The notes: generated by a model from the letters alone, not told the origin. A stretch of 64,000 nucleotides of DNA from Candidatus Bathyarchaeota archaeon (GCA_963715865.1 OY970280.1:2290844-2354843); one strand, 5' to 3'. Positions 51,001-61,284 are shown, numbered from the stretch's first letter. Program-made: numbers and translations.

Positions 51001-51840
51001 ATGATGCGGAAGGCAATCATTGTGCTAACAATCCTTGTTGTTGGACTGTTCACTTCAATGTTGGTTGAAGTTCAAACAGCAAATGCACAGTACACTCAAA
51101 ATGGGGCAGGCTGCCCTCTTGTCGGCGGCATTGGCATAACATCCCCTTCTAACACCACTTACAGTTCGAATTTGCTAACGCTAAACATTAACATCGAAAG
51201 CATATTTGATGATAGCATATACCGATATGTTCTGGTTTACTGCATCGACGAAAAAAATAACGTCACGATTCCCTCGACTTGCTTATCATTTGATCTTCCA
51301 AATGGTGATACTGGTCCCTTTACCATAGTAAGATGTGTAGGCTGCGTAGGTTTGCCGCAATTAGATGATGGTTCACATAGCTTGACAGTATATGCAAGGT
51401 ATGAACGCATAAATGATGTAAATACTAATTGGCCAGCGCTCATATTAGATAATAACACAGTCTATTTTACAATAAATCGTGGGATTCCTCCAGCGATAAC
51501 AAACCTATCGATTAAAAACGAAACCTATAACCAGAACAACTTGACCCTAAGCTTTACAACCGACAAACCAGCTTCATGGATAGGCTACAGTTTAGACGGA
51601 AAAGCAAATGTTACTATTGCTGGAAACACAACCTTAACCGCGCTTGCCAACGGTGCACATAACCTCACAATCTATGCCAACGACACGTTAGGGAACATGG
51701 CAACGTCTGGAACCATTTATTTTAACGTAGAAGTGCCAAAGCAAGACCCTTCGTCAGCAACACTAGTTGGAGCTTTGGCATCAGTGGCTGTTATGGGCAT
51801 AGGATTGATGGTCTTGTTTAAAAAAAGGAATCGCACGTGA
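51001..51840 (+). CDS. Secreted membrane-anchored Ig-like repeat protein
   Basis: Signal peptide, ITSPSNTTY, LDDGSHSLTVY, YSLDGKAN...GAHNLTIYANDT, TM and KKRN. Confidence 0.8.
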   Translation: MMRKAIIVLTILVVGLFTSMLVEVQTANAQYTQNGAGCPLVGGIGITSPSNTTYSSNLLTLNINIESIFDDSIYRYVLVYCIDEKNNVTIPSTCLSFDLPNGDTGPFTIVRCVGCVGLPQLDDGSHSLTVYARYERINDVNTNWPALILDNNTVYFTINRGIPPAITNLSIKNETYNQNNLTLSFTTDKPASWIGYSLDGKANVTIAGNTTLTALANGAHNLTIYANDTLGNMATSGTIYFNVEVPKQDPSSATLVGALASVAVMGIGLMVLFKKRNRT

Positions 51841-51923
51841 CTGTCTTGAAAGGCAATTTTATTTGTCTTTCTCTTCTTGGCATTGACGCTGAAGCATGCG
51901 GTTTTAGGCTTTGCAGCCTTTTC

Positions 51924-53321
51924 CTATTTTCTTCTAAGCTTTAGCTTAATATCCGCAACGAGATTGGCGGCTACGATCATTGCCGTAGACAGCTTAAACC
52001 TTCTTCTCTTGTCAAAGAAGTATGCCCTGCGCAGATAAAAATGGTGAAACGCACCTTCACGCAGTTTCCCAAGATCTTTCATGCTTAGCTGAGGTGTCTC
52101 AAAAATCGGTTTTGTCGTATCGTACTTGTCAAAGTCCGTTATTCTCAACCATCCTTTCTCCTTAACTGAGTCGTACATTGGTGTTCCAGGAAAAGGTGTG
52201 GCTACATTGTAGAAGCCTACGTCGTCGGGAGATATTTTCTCAACGAACTTGATGGTTTTCCACGCGCTTTCCTTTGTCTCGCTTGGAAAGCCAAGGATAA
52301 CGTTTGGAATAGGCTTCAAACCCAGCTCTCTCACCCAACCGAAAACTTTCGTGGTTAGTTCAGGAGTGATTCCTTTTTTCATAGCGTCTAAAACCTGTTG
52401 CGAGCCAGATTCAACTCCGAACCATACGGAGATACATCCAGCCTCCTTCATCTTCGCAAGCAACTCTTTTGTTAGCATGTCAACGCGTGTTCCACAGTTC
52501 CATTCGATTTTCAATCCGCGCTTTAGGATTTCATTGCAAAGTGCCTCAGTTCTTGGCTGGTCTACCGTAAACGCGTCATCACAAAACGTAAATGTGCTAA
52601 TGCCGTAAGTTTTGTGCAGAAACTCTAATTCATCGACGACGTTCTTTGGGCTTCTCATGCGGTACTTGCGCCCATGCATTCTCACTGTTGTGCAGAATTC
52701 GCACCAGTAAACGCAGCCTCTGCTTGTTGTCAAGTAAAGTATGTTTTCATATTTGCGGAGGCTTTCCATTGGCCAGAGATGGCGGGCTGGAAATGGCAAG
52801 GAATCCAAGTCTTCAATGTATGGTCTATCTGTATTCCTAACGATTTTTCCGTCTTTCCTGCAAGTGGTGCCCATGGCATCATGGTAGCTTTTGCCTGCTT
52901 CAATTCTCTGCACCAGCTCCAAGAGTGTATTTTCTCCTTCTCTCCTGACTACGATGTCTAGTTCTGGGCATTCTTCGAGCGCTTTGTCATCCCAGAAGGT
53001 AACATGGGGACCACCAGCAATCGTTATGCAGTTTGGGCAAGCCTCTTTTGCAATCTTTACCAATTTGAGCGCAGACTGATACGTAAGCGTAGAAGATGTA
53101 ACCCCAATAATGTTTGGTTGACGCTTACTAATCTCGCTCCTAAAATCTTCAAATGAAAGCTTTAGCACTTGGCAATCAATCACGTCAACTTCATACTGGT
53201 TTTTCTCTAAAACTGCAGCCAAATATCCTAAACCTAACAATGCAAAGGGCAGGTGCATTGCAGCGCCAACTGGAGCGGCTGGATTAACTAAAGTTACCCG
53301 AGGCTTCATTTTCTGCTTCAC
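51924..53321 (-). CDS. Cobalamin-binding radical SAM enzyme (5 of 7; closest to 18088-19473)
   Basis: SRGCVYWCEFC.TVRM.GR.YRMRSPKNVVDE shared with the 18088 gene. Confidence 0.93.
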   Translation of the reverse strand: MKQKMKPRVTLVNPAAPVGAAMHLPFALLGLGYLAAVLEKNQYEVDVIDCQVLKLSFEDFRSEISKRQPNIIGVTSSTLTYQSALKLVKIAKEACPNCITIAGGPHVTFWDDKALEECPELDIVVRREGENTLLELVQRIEAGKSYHDAMGTTCRKDGKIVRNTDRPYIEDLDSLPFPARHLWPMESLRKYENILYLTTSRGCVYWCEFCTTVRMHGRKYRMRSPKNVVDELEFLHKTYGISTFTFCDDAFTVDQPRTEALCNEILKRGLKIEWNCGTRVDMLTKELLAKMKEAGCISVWFGVESGSQQVLDAMKKGITPELTTKVFGWVRELGLKPIPNVILGFPSETKESAWKTIKFVEKISPDDVGFYNVATPFPGTPMYDSVKEKGWLRITDFDKYDTTKPIFETPQLSMKDLGKLREGAFHHFYLRRAYFFDKRRRFKLSTAMIVAANLVADIKLKLRRK

Positions 53322-53453
53322 AGCTCACTATTTATCCCTCAAAAAGAGATGTTTGATGCTTAAATGTTTCGCATTTTTGCTTGAAAATGAAAGTGAATGA
53401 AAATTTGATAATAAAAATTAATGTTTTCTTTTTTACTTTGCTACTTTTGTGGT

Positions 53454-54494
53454 TCACACGGTAGGCCAGTACTTTGGTTGCATGGTTTCATTTTCAAGCA
53501 ATGAAGGGAACAAGTTTAGAGGCCATGAAGGAAGCATTGGTGTTAGAATAACTTCTGTCGTTTCTATACCGCTGATTCTTCTAATTTTTTCATTAGCGTC
53601 AAACATTTTATCGAAATCTTCTAGAACAATTGCAGCGTATAAATCATAAGATCCTATAATTCTAATAATAACTATTAAGTTTGGAATTTGAAGCAATTGA
53701 GAATATATATCTGACATTTTGCTTCGGTTTGAAATTTTTATGTAAAGATTTGCAAGAGCCTTGTATCCAAGCTTATTTAGGTCAAGAGTTATTGTGGAAA
53801 GAGTTAACAAGTTTTCTCTAAGTTTTTTGTATCTTTGAATTACCGTTTTAGATGATATGTCCAGTTCCTTAGCAATTTTCTTAAAAGGCGTTCGAGAATT
53901 CTCTGAAAGAATTTTTGCAATTTTTCTATCTATTTCATCAATTTCTAATGGTGTTAGATCGTGATTAGTTAACGCATGTGTGTTATTGTTTTTTCGTTCA
54001 TTTTCACGATTTAGTGGCTTGATAATTAAGTTTTGAGAGTATTCTAAGTTTACTGCCTCTGCCCAGATTAAGGCATCAACATGTTTGATATTGTTGTTCG
54101 ACTCTAACTCTTCAATTATATCATGTAACCTATTGAGGTTTCGTAATGCTACTTTTCCAAAAAAGTTGTATTTACCAAATGGACCGACCACTTCGGATAT
54201 GTACGGTTTGCTTTCAAGAAACTTTGCCACTTCTTTCTCATTTTCTACATCGCTCATGATAAATAAATCTGCTATGTGGCGATACCCCAAGCAATGGGGG
54301 TTCACAAGCATCTTTTCGCCGTTTATTACGCCTACTTTCCATAAGCGTTTATACCGCATTCTAACCGCAGTGACTGTAATTTTACATTCCTTGGCGAGAG
54401 CGGTGAAACTGGTGCGAGATTCTGATAAGAGCATCTTCAAAATCTTCGCGTCAATTTCATCAATTTTTATTTGATCTGCCAAATCAATACACAT
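53454..54494 (-). CDS. Tandem (double) Lrp/AsnC-family transcriptional regulator
   Basis: Two HTH+RAM units: IDEIDAKILKML..SRTSF and IDEIDRKIAKIL..NSRTPF. Confidence 0.9.
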   Translation of the reverse strand: MCIDLADQIKIDEIDAKILKMLLSESRTSFTALAKECKITVTAVRMRYKRLWKVGVINGEKMLVNPHCLGYRHIADLFIMSDVENEKEVAKFLESKPYISEVVGPFGKYNFFGKVALRNLNRLHDIIEELESNNNIKHVDALIWAEAVNLEYSQNLIIKPLNRENERKNNNTHALTNHDLTPLEIDEIDRKIAKILSENSRTPFKKIAKELDISSKTVIQRYKKLRENLLTLSTITLDLNKLGYKALANLYIKISNRSKMSDIYSQLLQIPNLIVIIRIIGSYDLYAAIVLEDFDKMFDANEKIRRISGIETTEVILTPMLPSWPLNLFPSLLENETMQPKYWPTV

Positions 54495-54709
54495 CGAACC
54501 GTGATAATCTCATAAGAGCAATCATTATCTTTTATATAAAATTTATACTTTTTTCTTGAATTTTTTAATTCGAATGAAAATGACATCGCAGGTCTTAATA
54601 CCGATATTTTGCATTTCTAACTTTATGAAACGGAATGAATATTTTTAAAAATTTTAATTTTCATCTTTTTTTAAGCTTAGAAAAGTTTAGTTTCTGTTAA
54701 ATATTGTTG

Positions 54710-54723
54710 TAGGCTTAAGCCTA
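54710..54723. promoter_or_regulatory. Perfect 14-bp palindrome TAGGCTTAAGCCTA in a divergent promoter region
   Basis: Lies between the Lrp gene and the 54849 gene, about 70 bp upstream of TTTATAAA. Confidence 0.45.
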
Positions 54724-54848
54724 TTACAAGTTCAAAAAATTACCTTTTTTTATCGAACCAAGCACTTTTGAGAAGATTTAGCTAGGCATACCTTTATAAA
54801 TAAACTCAGAAATAAATATAATCACCAAATTAAAGGAGAAAAAGAAAA

Positions 54849-57608
54849 ATGCAAATTACAAAAAGTAAAACTGCAGCTATTGCGATCGCAATATTCTTGA
54901 CATTTTCAATGACAGCTTCAATGATGCTAGTGCCAACTGCTAATGCACACACACCTGCATGGCAGATTCCAACGTGGGCCTACATTAACGCTGCACCTAA
55001 CCCAGTAGGCGTCGGTCAAAACGTGCTTGTTATCATGTGGCTAACCAACATATTTTCCCCTGGAACAGGGATAGCAAACGATTACCGGTTCCACAATTAC
55101 AAGCTAACTATTACAGCACCTGACGGGACAACATCGACACAGAGCTGGGGCGAAGTCGTAGACTCTACATCAGCGCAAGACTATACGTTTGCTCCCAGCC
55201 AAGTCGGAACGTATAATTTGACCTTCACTTTCCCAGGACAAGACTTCAACACATACAGCCATGATACTAGTTGGGTCAGCTTGTTTGGTGGTGGGCCTCA
55301 ACCTGAAACGTTGATTAACGACACTTATCTGGCCAGCAGTGCGTCAATAAATCTCACTGTACAGCAAACCCCAATATCCGCATATCCAACTACTCCGCTT
55401 CCAACTGCTTACTGGACACGCCCAATATACGGTTATAACTCTAACTGGTGGACAATTTCGTCAAACTGGCTAGGTTCAGGTTCACCTGTTGAAGCTTCAG
55501 CAGGCTCTTGGGCCATCGGTGCCTATGGTGCAAACGGTGTATTTTCAGGTTCAGCTCTCAATAGGAATCCAGGCGACGCTATAGGTTCTCAAACTAGTCA
55601 CATCATGTGGACTAAGCCGCTTCAAGAAGGAGGAATCGTCGGAGGAAACAACTTTGCTATTCAAGGAGACAGTTACTTCGAAGGTTCTGCGTACATTCAA
55701 CGATACGACAATCCGATAATAATGGATGGAATACTCTACTATCAGGCGCCGCTAGGATACGATTATAATGGAGGTGGATCGGGCGGTGGAACTTTCGCCG
55801 TTAACCTGCAGACAGGACAGCAACTTTGGGAAAGCACTGCTATACCCGCTGGAGGACTATCATTCGGTTACATCTATGACAGCCAGCAACCCAACCAGAA
55901 AGGAGTTATGCAGCCGGTTCTATTCACCAGCAGCTTTGCCCAAGCTTATGACGCATACACAGGACAATATCTGTTCAACGTGACTAACGTTCCAAGCGGT
56001 CTTCCAATAAGCATGGGTCCAAACGGTGAAACCATAAGCTACCCCATTGTAAACGGTTATGTGGCTGAGTGGAACTCGTCCGGCCTATGGAATTGGAACA
56101 TACCAGTCGGCGGAGGCTCACCAGCACCTAACGTAGGTAGCTTTAGCGTTACAGCATTCAATCCCTACATACCGCCCGCCGGTGCAATGGTCACAACTGA
56201 CTATTACAACACTGTCAATGGAGGCGCGCCTCAATGCTATGACTGGAACGTTTCAATAACATCATCAACACCCTTACCAAGTTCCTACTCGGAAATCGCA
56301 GCTTACTGGGGCAATTTGATACTTTGCGAAAGTGGCGGTTTGCCGGGAATAAGCACTGGTATGTTAACCGGCGGTGTCTTTAGCAACACCGCGCCATACA
56401 CATACTTTGCTATCAACGTCAACGCAACTAGAGGTGCAGTGGGTTCAGTACTGTGGACGAAAACAGTTAATCCACCAGCAGGCAACGTAACCGTCTTATT
56501 AGGACCAACCGATCCAACGGCAGGCGTTTTCACTGAAGGGTACGAGCAAACTATGCAATGGGTAGGATACAACCTATACACAGGTGCGCAAATGTGGGGT
56601 CCAACTCCATCCCAAGCAGCTCTTGACTACTACGGTAACCCAATCACGCCCTTTATAGTATCTCAACTTGCTTACGGCAACCTCTACAGCATGGGGTACG
56701 CAGGAATACTCTACTGCTACGATGCGAAAACTGGAAACCTAAAGTGGACCTACGGTAACGGCGGCGCAGGCAACAGTACTTACGCCGGCATGGACTCACC
56801 TTTCGGTGATTATCCAACCTTCATAAACGCCGTCGGTAACGGAGTGATTTACCTAGTTGCTTCCGAGCACACTGTTAACACGCCGATTTACAAGGGTGCA
56901 CTAGAACGTGCAATCAATGCCACTGACGGATCGGAAATCTGGACACTCTCAGGTTACACAGGGGAATTCTCAGCTATGAGTTACGCTATCGCAGACGGCT
57001 ATGCAACATGGTTTAATGGCTATGACAACCAAATCTACGTTGTAGGCAGAGGACCAAGCGCAACTACAGTGACAGCGCCAAACAACGGCCTAGCCCTCGG
57101 ATCACAAGTAGTAATACGCGGTACAGTAACGGACATCTCCGCGGGAACACAGCAGGATCAACAGGCAACTGACTTTCCAAATGGTGTTCCAGTTGCATCT
57201 GATGCTAGCATGAGCGCGTGGATGAGTTACGTTTACCAGCAACAACCATGCCCAACCAACTTTACCGGCGTTCCAGTGACAATAAGTGTCTTAGACTCTA
57301 ACGGCAACTTCAGAAGCATTGGTACTGCAACAACTGACGGAACCGGCATGTTCAGCCTCACATGGACACCTGACATTCCAGGCAACTACACAGTTGTCGC
57401 ATCTTTCGCTGGCACCAACGGTTACTGGCCATCAAACTCAGAAACCTCTTTTGCCGTAGCGCAAGCGCCATCAGCAACTGCTGCACCTACACCAACTCCG
57501 CAATCTGCCGCTGACATGTACTTTGTTCCTGCAATCGCTGGACTATTCGTTCTAATAATCATAGTCCTCGCTGTAGTAATACTACTGATGCTTAGAAAAC
57601 GACCATAA
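54849..57608 (+). CDS. Large membrane-anchored surface protein with PQQ-like repeats, paralog of 32291-35290
   Basis: Same signal peptide, scaffold motifs, PT linker, TM helix and RKRP tail. Confidence 0.85.
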   Translation: MQITKSKTAAIAIAIFLTFSMTASMMLVPTANAHTPAWQIPTWAYINAAPNPVGVGQNVLVIMWLTNIFSPGTGIANDYRFHNYKLTITAPDGTTSTQSWGEVVDSTSAQDYTFAPSQVGTYNLTFTFPGQDFNTYSHDTSWVSLFGGGPQPETLINDTYLASSASINLTVQQTPISAYPTTPLPTAYWTRPIYGYNSNWWTISSNWLGSGSPVEASAGSWAIGAYGANGVFSGSALNRNPGDAIGSQTSHIMWTKPLQEGGIVGGNNFAIQGDSYFEGSAYIQRYDNPIIMDGILYYQAPLGYDYNGGGSGGGTFAVNLQTGQQLWESTAIPAGGLSFGYIYDSQQPNQKGVMQPVLFTSSFAQAYDAYTGQYLFNVTNVPSGLPISMGPNGETISYPIVNGYVAEWNSSGLWNWNIPVGGGSPAPNVGSFSVTAFNPYIPPAGAMVTTDYYNTVNGGAPQCYDWNVSITSSTPLPSSYSEIAAYWGNLILCESGGLPGISTGMLTGGVFSNTAPYTYFAINVNATRGAVGSVLWTKTVNPPAGNVTVLLGPTDPTAGVFTEGYEQTMQWVGYNLYTGAQMWGPTPSQAALDYYGNPITPFIVSQLAYGNLYSMGYAGILYCYDAKTGNLKWTYGNGGAGNSTYAGMDSPFGDYPTFINAVGNGVIYLVASEHTVNTPIYKGALERAINATDGSEIWTLSGYTGEFSAMSYAIADGYATWFNGYDNQIYVVGRGPSATTVTAPNNGLALGSQVVIRGTVTDISAGTQQDQQATDFPNGVPVASDASMSAWMSYVYQQQPCPTNFTGVPVTISVLDSNGNFRSIGTATTDGTGMFSLTWTPDIPGNYTVVASFAGTNGYWPSNSETSFAVAQAPSATAAPTPTPQSAADMYFVPAIAGLFVLIIIVLAVVILLMLRKRP

Positions 57609-57615
57609 ACCCAAG

Positions 57616-57650
57616 CAAGGGAAAAAACCAAATTTCCCCTTTTCTTTTTG
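57616..57650 (+). terminator. Putative terminator: AAGGGAAA...TTTCCCCTT hairpin plus a T-tract
   Basis: Directly after the stop codon at 57608. Confidence 0.4.
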
Positions 57651-57681
57651 TTCAATAATCAACAATTCACTTTAAACATTA

Positions 57682-57717
57682 AAAATTTTCAAACTATATA
57701 AAATTTTCAAACTATAT
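57682..57717 (+). repeat. Perfect 18-bp tandem duplication AAAATTTTCAAACTATAT x2
   Basis: Read directly in the promoter region of the 57761 gene. Confidence 0.85.
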
Positions 57718-57760
57718 ATTTATTCGAAGCCGAACATACTGATAAAGCTAACTCGCGAGA

Positions 57761-58591
57761 ATGAGGAGTAAACAGTTGCAACAAGACCAAACGCTTAAAG
57801 AAAAAATTCACAAAGCAAACGTTTCCGTCCACCGGCATGAAGCGCAATACTATGAACTGCTCCATCCAGAAGTATATACTAAACAAGAGCAAAAAAGAAT
57901 AACCGCAAAACTAGAAATGATGAACAAACTTGTGACAGATAACCAAAAAAACGCTCTTGACGTTGGAGCAGGCACCGGCAACTTAACAGGCAAACTTTTG
58001 CAAATGGGCTATAAAGTTATAGCCGTAGACATATCAGCAGAAATGTGTTCAATCTTGCGAAGAAAATATGATGCCTACCTGAAAAGTAACAAGTTGACCA
58101 TAGTCAACTCGCCAATAGAGAATCTGGCTTTTGATGTGGGCAAATTTGACTTAATAACATGCTACTCTGTGCTTCACCACCTACCTGATTACGTCAATGC
58201 GCTCCGATGCCTTTCCGTTTTTCTAAAGAAAGGCGGCGCAATCTACATTGACCATGAAGCGTCCCCTTTTTACTGGAAAACCGAACCGAGCAGCTTAGCT
58301 ACCCTGATCAAGAGTATCTATTTTCATTTAAACCCTTTATTTAACAGCTTATACTTCCAAATTATCGGGTTAAACGTTCCCTCAATCGATTATTCCCTGT
58401 CGGATTACTGGCATAAAAAAGAACACGCATTAGACCATAAAAGCGTAGAACAAGTATTCAAAGAAGAATGCTATGAATTCTCGAGGCGCACGGACTATTA
58501 TCAAAACAGCACATGGATTCCGAACCCTCTATCTATAATTTATCGTCTTCTTTGCAGGCCTGAAATGAGTTTTTGGATAGCTAAAAAATAA
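57761..58591 (+). CDS. Class I SAM-dependent methyltransferase
   Basis: LDVGAGTG, VDISAEM, FDLI.C.SVLHH and LKKGG motifs. Confidence 0.92.
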   Translation: MRSKQLQQDQTLKEKIHKANVSVHRHEAQYYELLHPEVYTKQEQKRITAKLEMMNKLVTDNQKNALDVGAGTGNLTGKLLQMGYKVIAVDISAEMCSILRRKYDAYLKSNKLTIVNSPIENLAFDVGKFDLITCYSVLHHLPDYVNALRCLSVFLKKGGAIYIDHEASPFYWKTEPSSLATLIKSIYFHLNPLFNSLYFQIIGLNVPSIDYSLSDYWHKKEHALDHKSVEQVFKEECYEFSRRTDYYQNSTWIPNPLSIIYRLLCRPEMSFWIAKK

Positions 58592-59968
58592 TTAAGCGAT
58601 TCCTGCGTTTTTCTGGGCGCTAAGATTCAGTCTTCGTTTTGCAAAGTTTAAAGCGCCTTCACGCCTGATTCTTTTTAGTATTTGTTTGGGTGATCTATGG
58701 AATTCTTTGAAAAATCTTTTTTGAATCGCCATAAGCGAGTCATAGTCAAATTCCTCGGTTTTTACGCTGAGTAAAAACTCGTCAAGGCGAACGTACTTTT
58801 TTGTTTCCAAAAGTTCTTGGTATAATTTGCTGTCTGGGTACGCGATGAAAATGTTGAATTGACACCAATCAGGGTCCAATTTTTTAGCGAATTTTAAGGA
58901 CGCTTCCATTTCCTTTATTGTTTCGTCAGGCAAACCTAGCATGAATGAGCAAGCGATTTGTATTCCGTTTTTGCGGCAAAGCTTAAACGCGCTTTCTATC
59001 TGTTCAAGTGTTGTGTTTCTGCCGATTCGCTGTAAAATTTTCTGTGAACCTGATTCAACTCCGAACCAAATGGTTTTGCATCCAGCTTTGCTCATTGTTT
59101 CTAAAAGGTCTTGGTTGACTAGGTCTACGCGTGTGTCGCAGACCCATTCTAAATCCAGCTTGTTTTTTATCATTAGGTTGCATAGTTCAATAGTTTCTTT
59201 TTTTCTGAGGGTGAAGTTGTCGTTGATGAAGTATAGTCCTTTTGTACCGTATTTGCTCATTAAATCTTGAATTTCGCCGATAACTCTCTGCGGACTGAAC
59301 GCCCGGCACATGTTTCCCCAGAGTTTTTTTGTTTCGCAAAAGCCGCAGTTGAATACGCATCCACGTGAGATGCTCACGACATCGGCGGGTTTAACATTCA
59401 AAAACTCTATTGTCCTATCATACAATTCAAGCGGCAATAGGTGTCTTGCTGGGTAAGGAATTTCGTCGAGGTTTTCGATAAATTTCGGCTGGTTTTTGAT
59501 GTTTTTTCCTTGGCGTCTGCATGCAACGCCTGGAATAGTTGCGGCAATGGGCTCGTTGCCGTTTGCGATGCATGCGGCAAGTTGTGTTATTGCTCTTTCG
59601 CCTTCACCCATAACCACATAATCGATTTCTGGGTTCGCCAGTAAACTATCAGGCATATAGGAAGCATGCCATCCGCCAACAACTATTTTGCAGTTGGGCA
59701 AGGCTTCTTTGATGGCTTTTGCTGTTTCTATGCAGCGTGAATAAGTTGCTGAACCGCATGTAATGCCCACAATTTGCGGGTTAAGGTTTGTGACTAATTG
59801 CTTGATTTCACCGGTTGATTTTTTCATGAGGTAGTTGTCGAGCATTTGCACCTCGAAGCCTGCTTTTTCGAGTGCCGCGGCAACGTACATTAATCCGATT
59901 GGAGGCAACCGTTTGCCAAGGTACCATGCGCCGTTTTCTGGCGGAGCAGTAGTCATTAAGAGAATCAA
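58592..59968 (-). CDS. Cobalamin-binding radical SAM enzyme (6 of 7)
   Basis: PPIGLMY, GGWHAS; SRGCVFNCGFC. Confidence 0.93.
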   Translation of the reverse strand: MILLMTTAPPENGAWYLGKRLPPIGLMYVAAALEKAGFEVQMLDNYLMKKSTGEIKQLVTNLNPQIVGITCGSATYSRCIETAKAIKEALPNCKIVVGGWHASYMPDSLLANPEIDYVVMGEGERAITQLAACIANGNEPIAATIPGVACRRQGKNIKNQPKFIENLDEIPYPARHLLPLELYDRTIEFLNVKPADVVSISRGCVFNCGFCETKKLWGNMCRAFSPQRVIGEIQDLMSKYGTKGLYFINDNFTLRKKETIELCNLMIKNKLDLEWVCDTRVDLVNQDLLETMSKAGCKTIWFGVESGSQKILQRIGRNTTLEQIESAFKLCRKNGIQIACSFMLGLPDETIKEMEASLKFAKKLDPDWCQFNIFIAYPDSKLYQELLETKKYVRLDEFLLSVKTEEFDYDSLMAIQKRFFKEFHRSPKQILKRIRREGALNFAKRRLNLSAQKNAGIA

Positions 59969-60311
59969 ATGAGAATTTCCTCCTGTTTGCAGAATTGTTT
60001 ATTCCGTAGGCGAGCGTGCACGCTTTTGCCTCTCTATCAATGTTTTGCTTAAAACTTTGATTATATGCGAGTTAATAGCTTTAACGGCACAGAATGCTGA
60101 TGCAGTTTCGTTTGTGTTTTTGCTGTTTTTCGAGATTTAAATTCAAGCTTCTGGAAAACTATAAGGACCAAAATTAATCAGCTTCTAATACGTACAGGTT
60201 GAGACTGGACATAATCTACAACAACTCAAGCGTGTTTGAGCAAAGAGTGACGGTTAACGAAAAGGTTTATAGCCCTTCCACATGCCTTTTCCAGAATGAA
60301 GAGGGCTCAAA

Positions 60312-61028
60312 ATGAAAGTTGTCGTCCACTGGAGCGGGGGCAAAGAATGCTGCTTAGCTTACCACAAAGTCATCAAACAGGGGCATCAGGTTGCTTATCT
60401 TCTCACCTTTGAATACATGAAACCATACGTTTTTCACAGTTTCCCAGTGATGGAGCTCCAATCCAAAACTTTGGGGGCTCCCTTGAAGCGGGTTAGAATT
60501 AAGAAGGCATACGAGGACATCCTCAAAACTCTCACAAAGTTACACGACGAAGAGGGCATCGAAGGCATCGTAACCGGCGACATAGTCGGAGCAGGATGCG
60601 CCGTTGTCCACTCTAGCTACTACGAGAGCATGTGCAAACAGTTGGGCATGGCTTTCATGATGCCCTTGGAAAACCCTTCAGGAGACACTTACGATGTGTT
60701 GAAAGAAGTGGTTCAGACCGGCTTAAGACCAGTATTAAACTGTATTAATACCAATTTCTTTGGTGAAGAATGGTTGGGACGCGCAATCGACAGCACATCC
60801 ATCAAAGAACTAAAAGACTTAGCTGACAAAAAAGACATAGACGTTTCCAGCGAAGACGGACAAGGTTACCACACCTCAGTTGTCGACGCACCGCTTTTCA
60901 AAGAATCCATCGGAATTGGCAAATTTAAGAAGAAGACCAAGAAGGAAAAGTCGAAGGCATGGAAAAGAAATTGGCTTTACATGGACATCAAGGAAGCTTA
61001 TTTAAAGCCTAAAGAAACGCCCAAATGA
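60312..61028 (+). CDS. Diphthine-ammonia ligase (Dph6)-like PP-loop ATPase
   Basis: WSGGKEC (SGGKDS variant), GIVTGDI and EDGQGYHTSVVDAPLF (cf. GEGGEYHT..D.PLF). Confidence 0.8.
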   Translation: MKVVVHWSGGKECCLAYHKVIKQGHQVAYLLTFEYMKPYVFHSFPVMELQSKTLGAPLKRVRIKKAYEDILKTLTKLHDEEGIEGIVTGDIVGAGCAVVHSSYYESMCKQLGMAFMMPLENPSGDTYDVLKEVVQTGLRPVLNCINTNFFGEEWLGRAIDSTSIKELKDLADKKDIDVSSEDGQGYHTSVVDAPLFKESIGIGKFKKKTKKEKSKAWKRNWLYMDIKEAYLKPKETPK

Positions 61029-61182
61029 CAAGCACCGAAGATTCCTCTTTACTTAATTCGTAACTTTTTACAGCTATCTCTGGTAATGAGGGTACTTTGC
61101 AAAAAATCTGTAATTTTGCATAAAGTAAATGAACCTGAACGCGCGCTTACAAGGTATAAACTCTATTGTTTCAGGGAAGAAC

Positions 61183-61281
61183 ATGAAAACTCACGTAACC
61201 CTTGTGAATCCACCCTACCCCGTGAATATGAGAACTCGCGTAACGGTACAAGACAAAATAATTGAGCATGGAGAAAGCTGA
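61183..61281 (+). pseudogene. Truncated N-terminus of a further B12 radical SAM gene (32 aa)
   Basis: MKTHVTLVNPPYP matches MKAHVVLANPPYP (43395 gene) and MKITLINPPYP (18088 gene); the similarity then ends. Confidence 0.6.
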
Positions 61282-61284
61282 CCG

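Noticed and set aside
32291-57608. Diversity-generating retroelement behind the variable surface proteins
   Set aside because: There is no reverse transcriptase, and the shared blocks are identical rather than differing at adenines.
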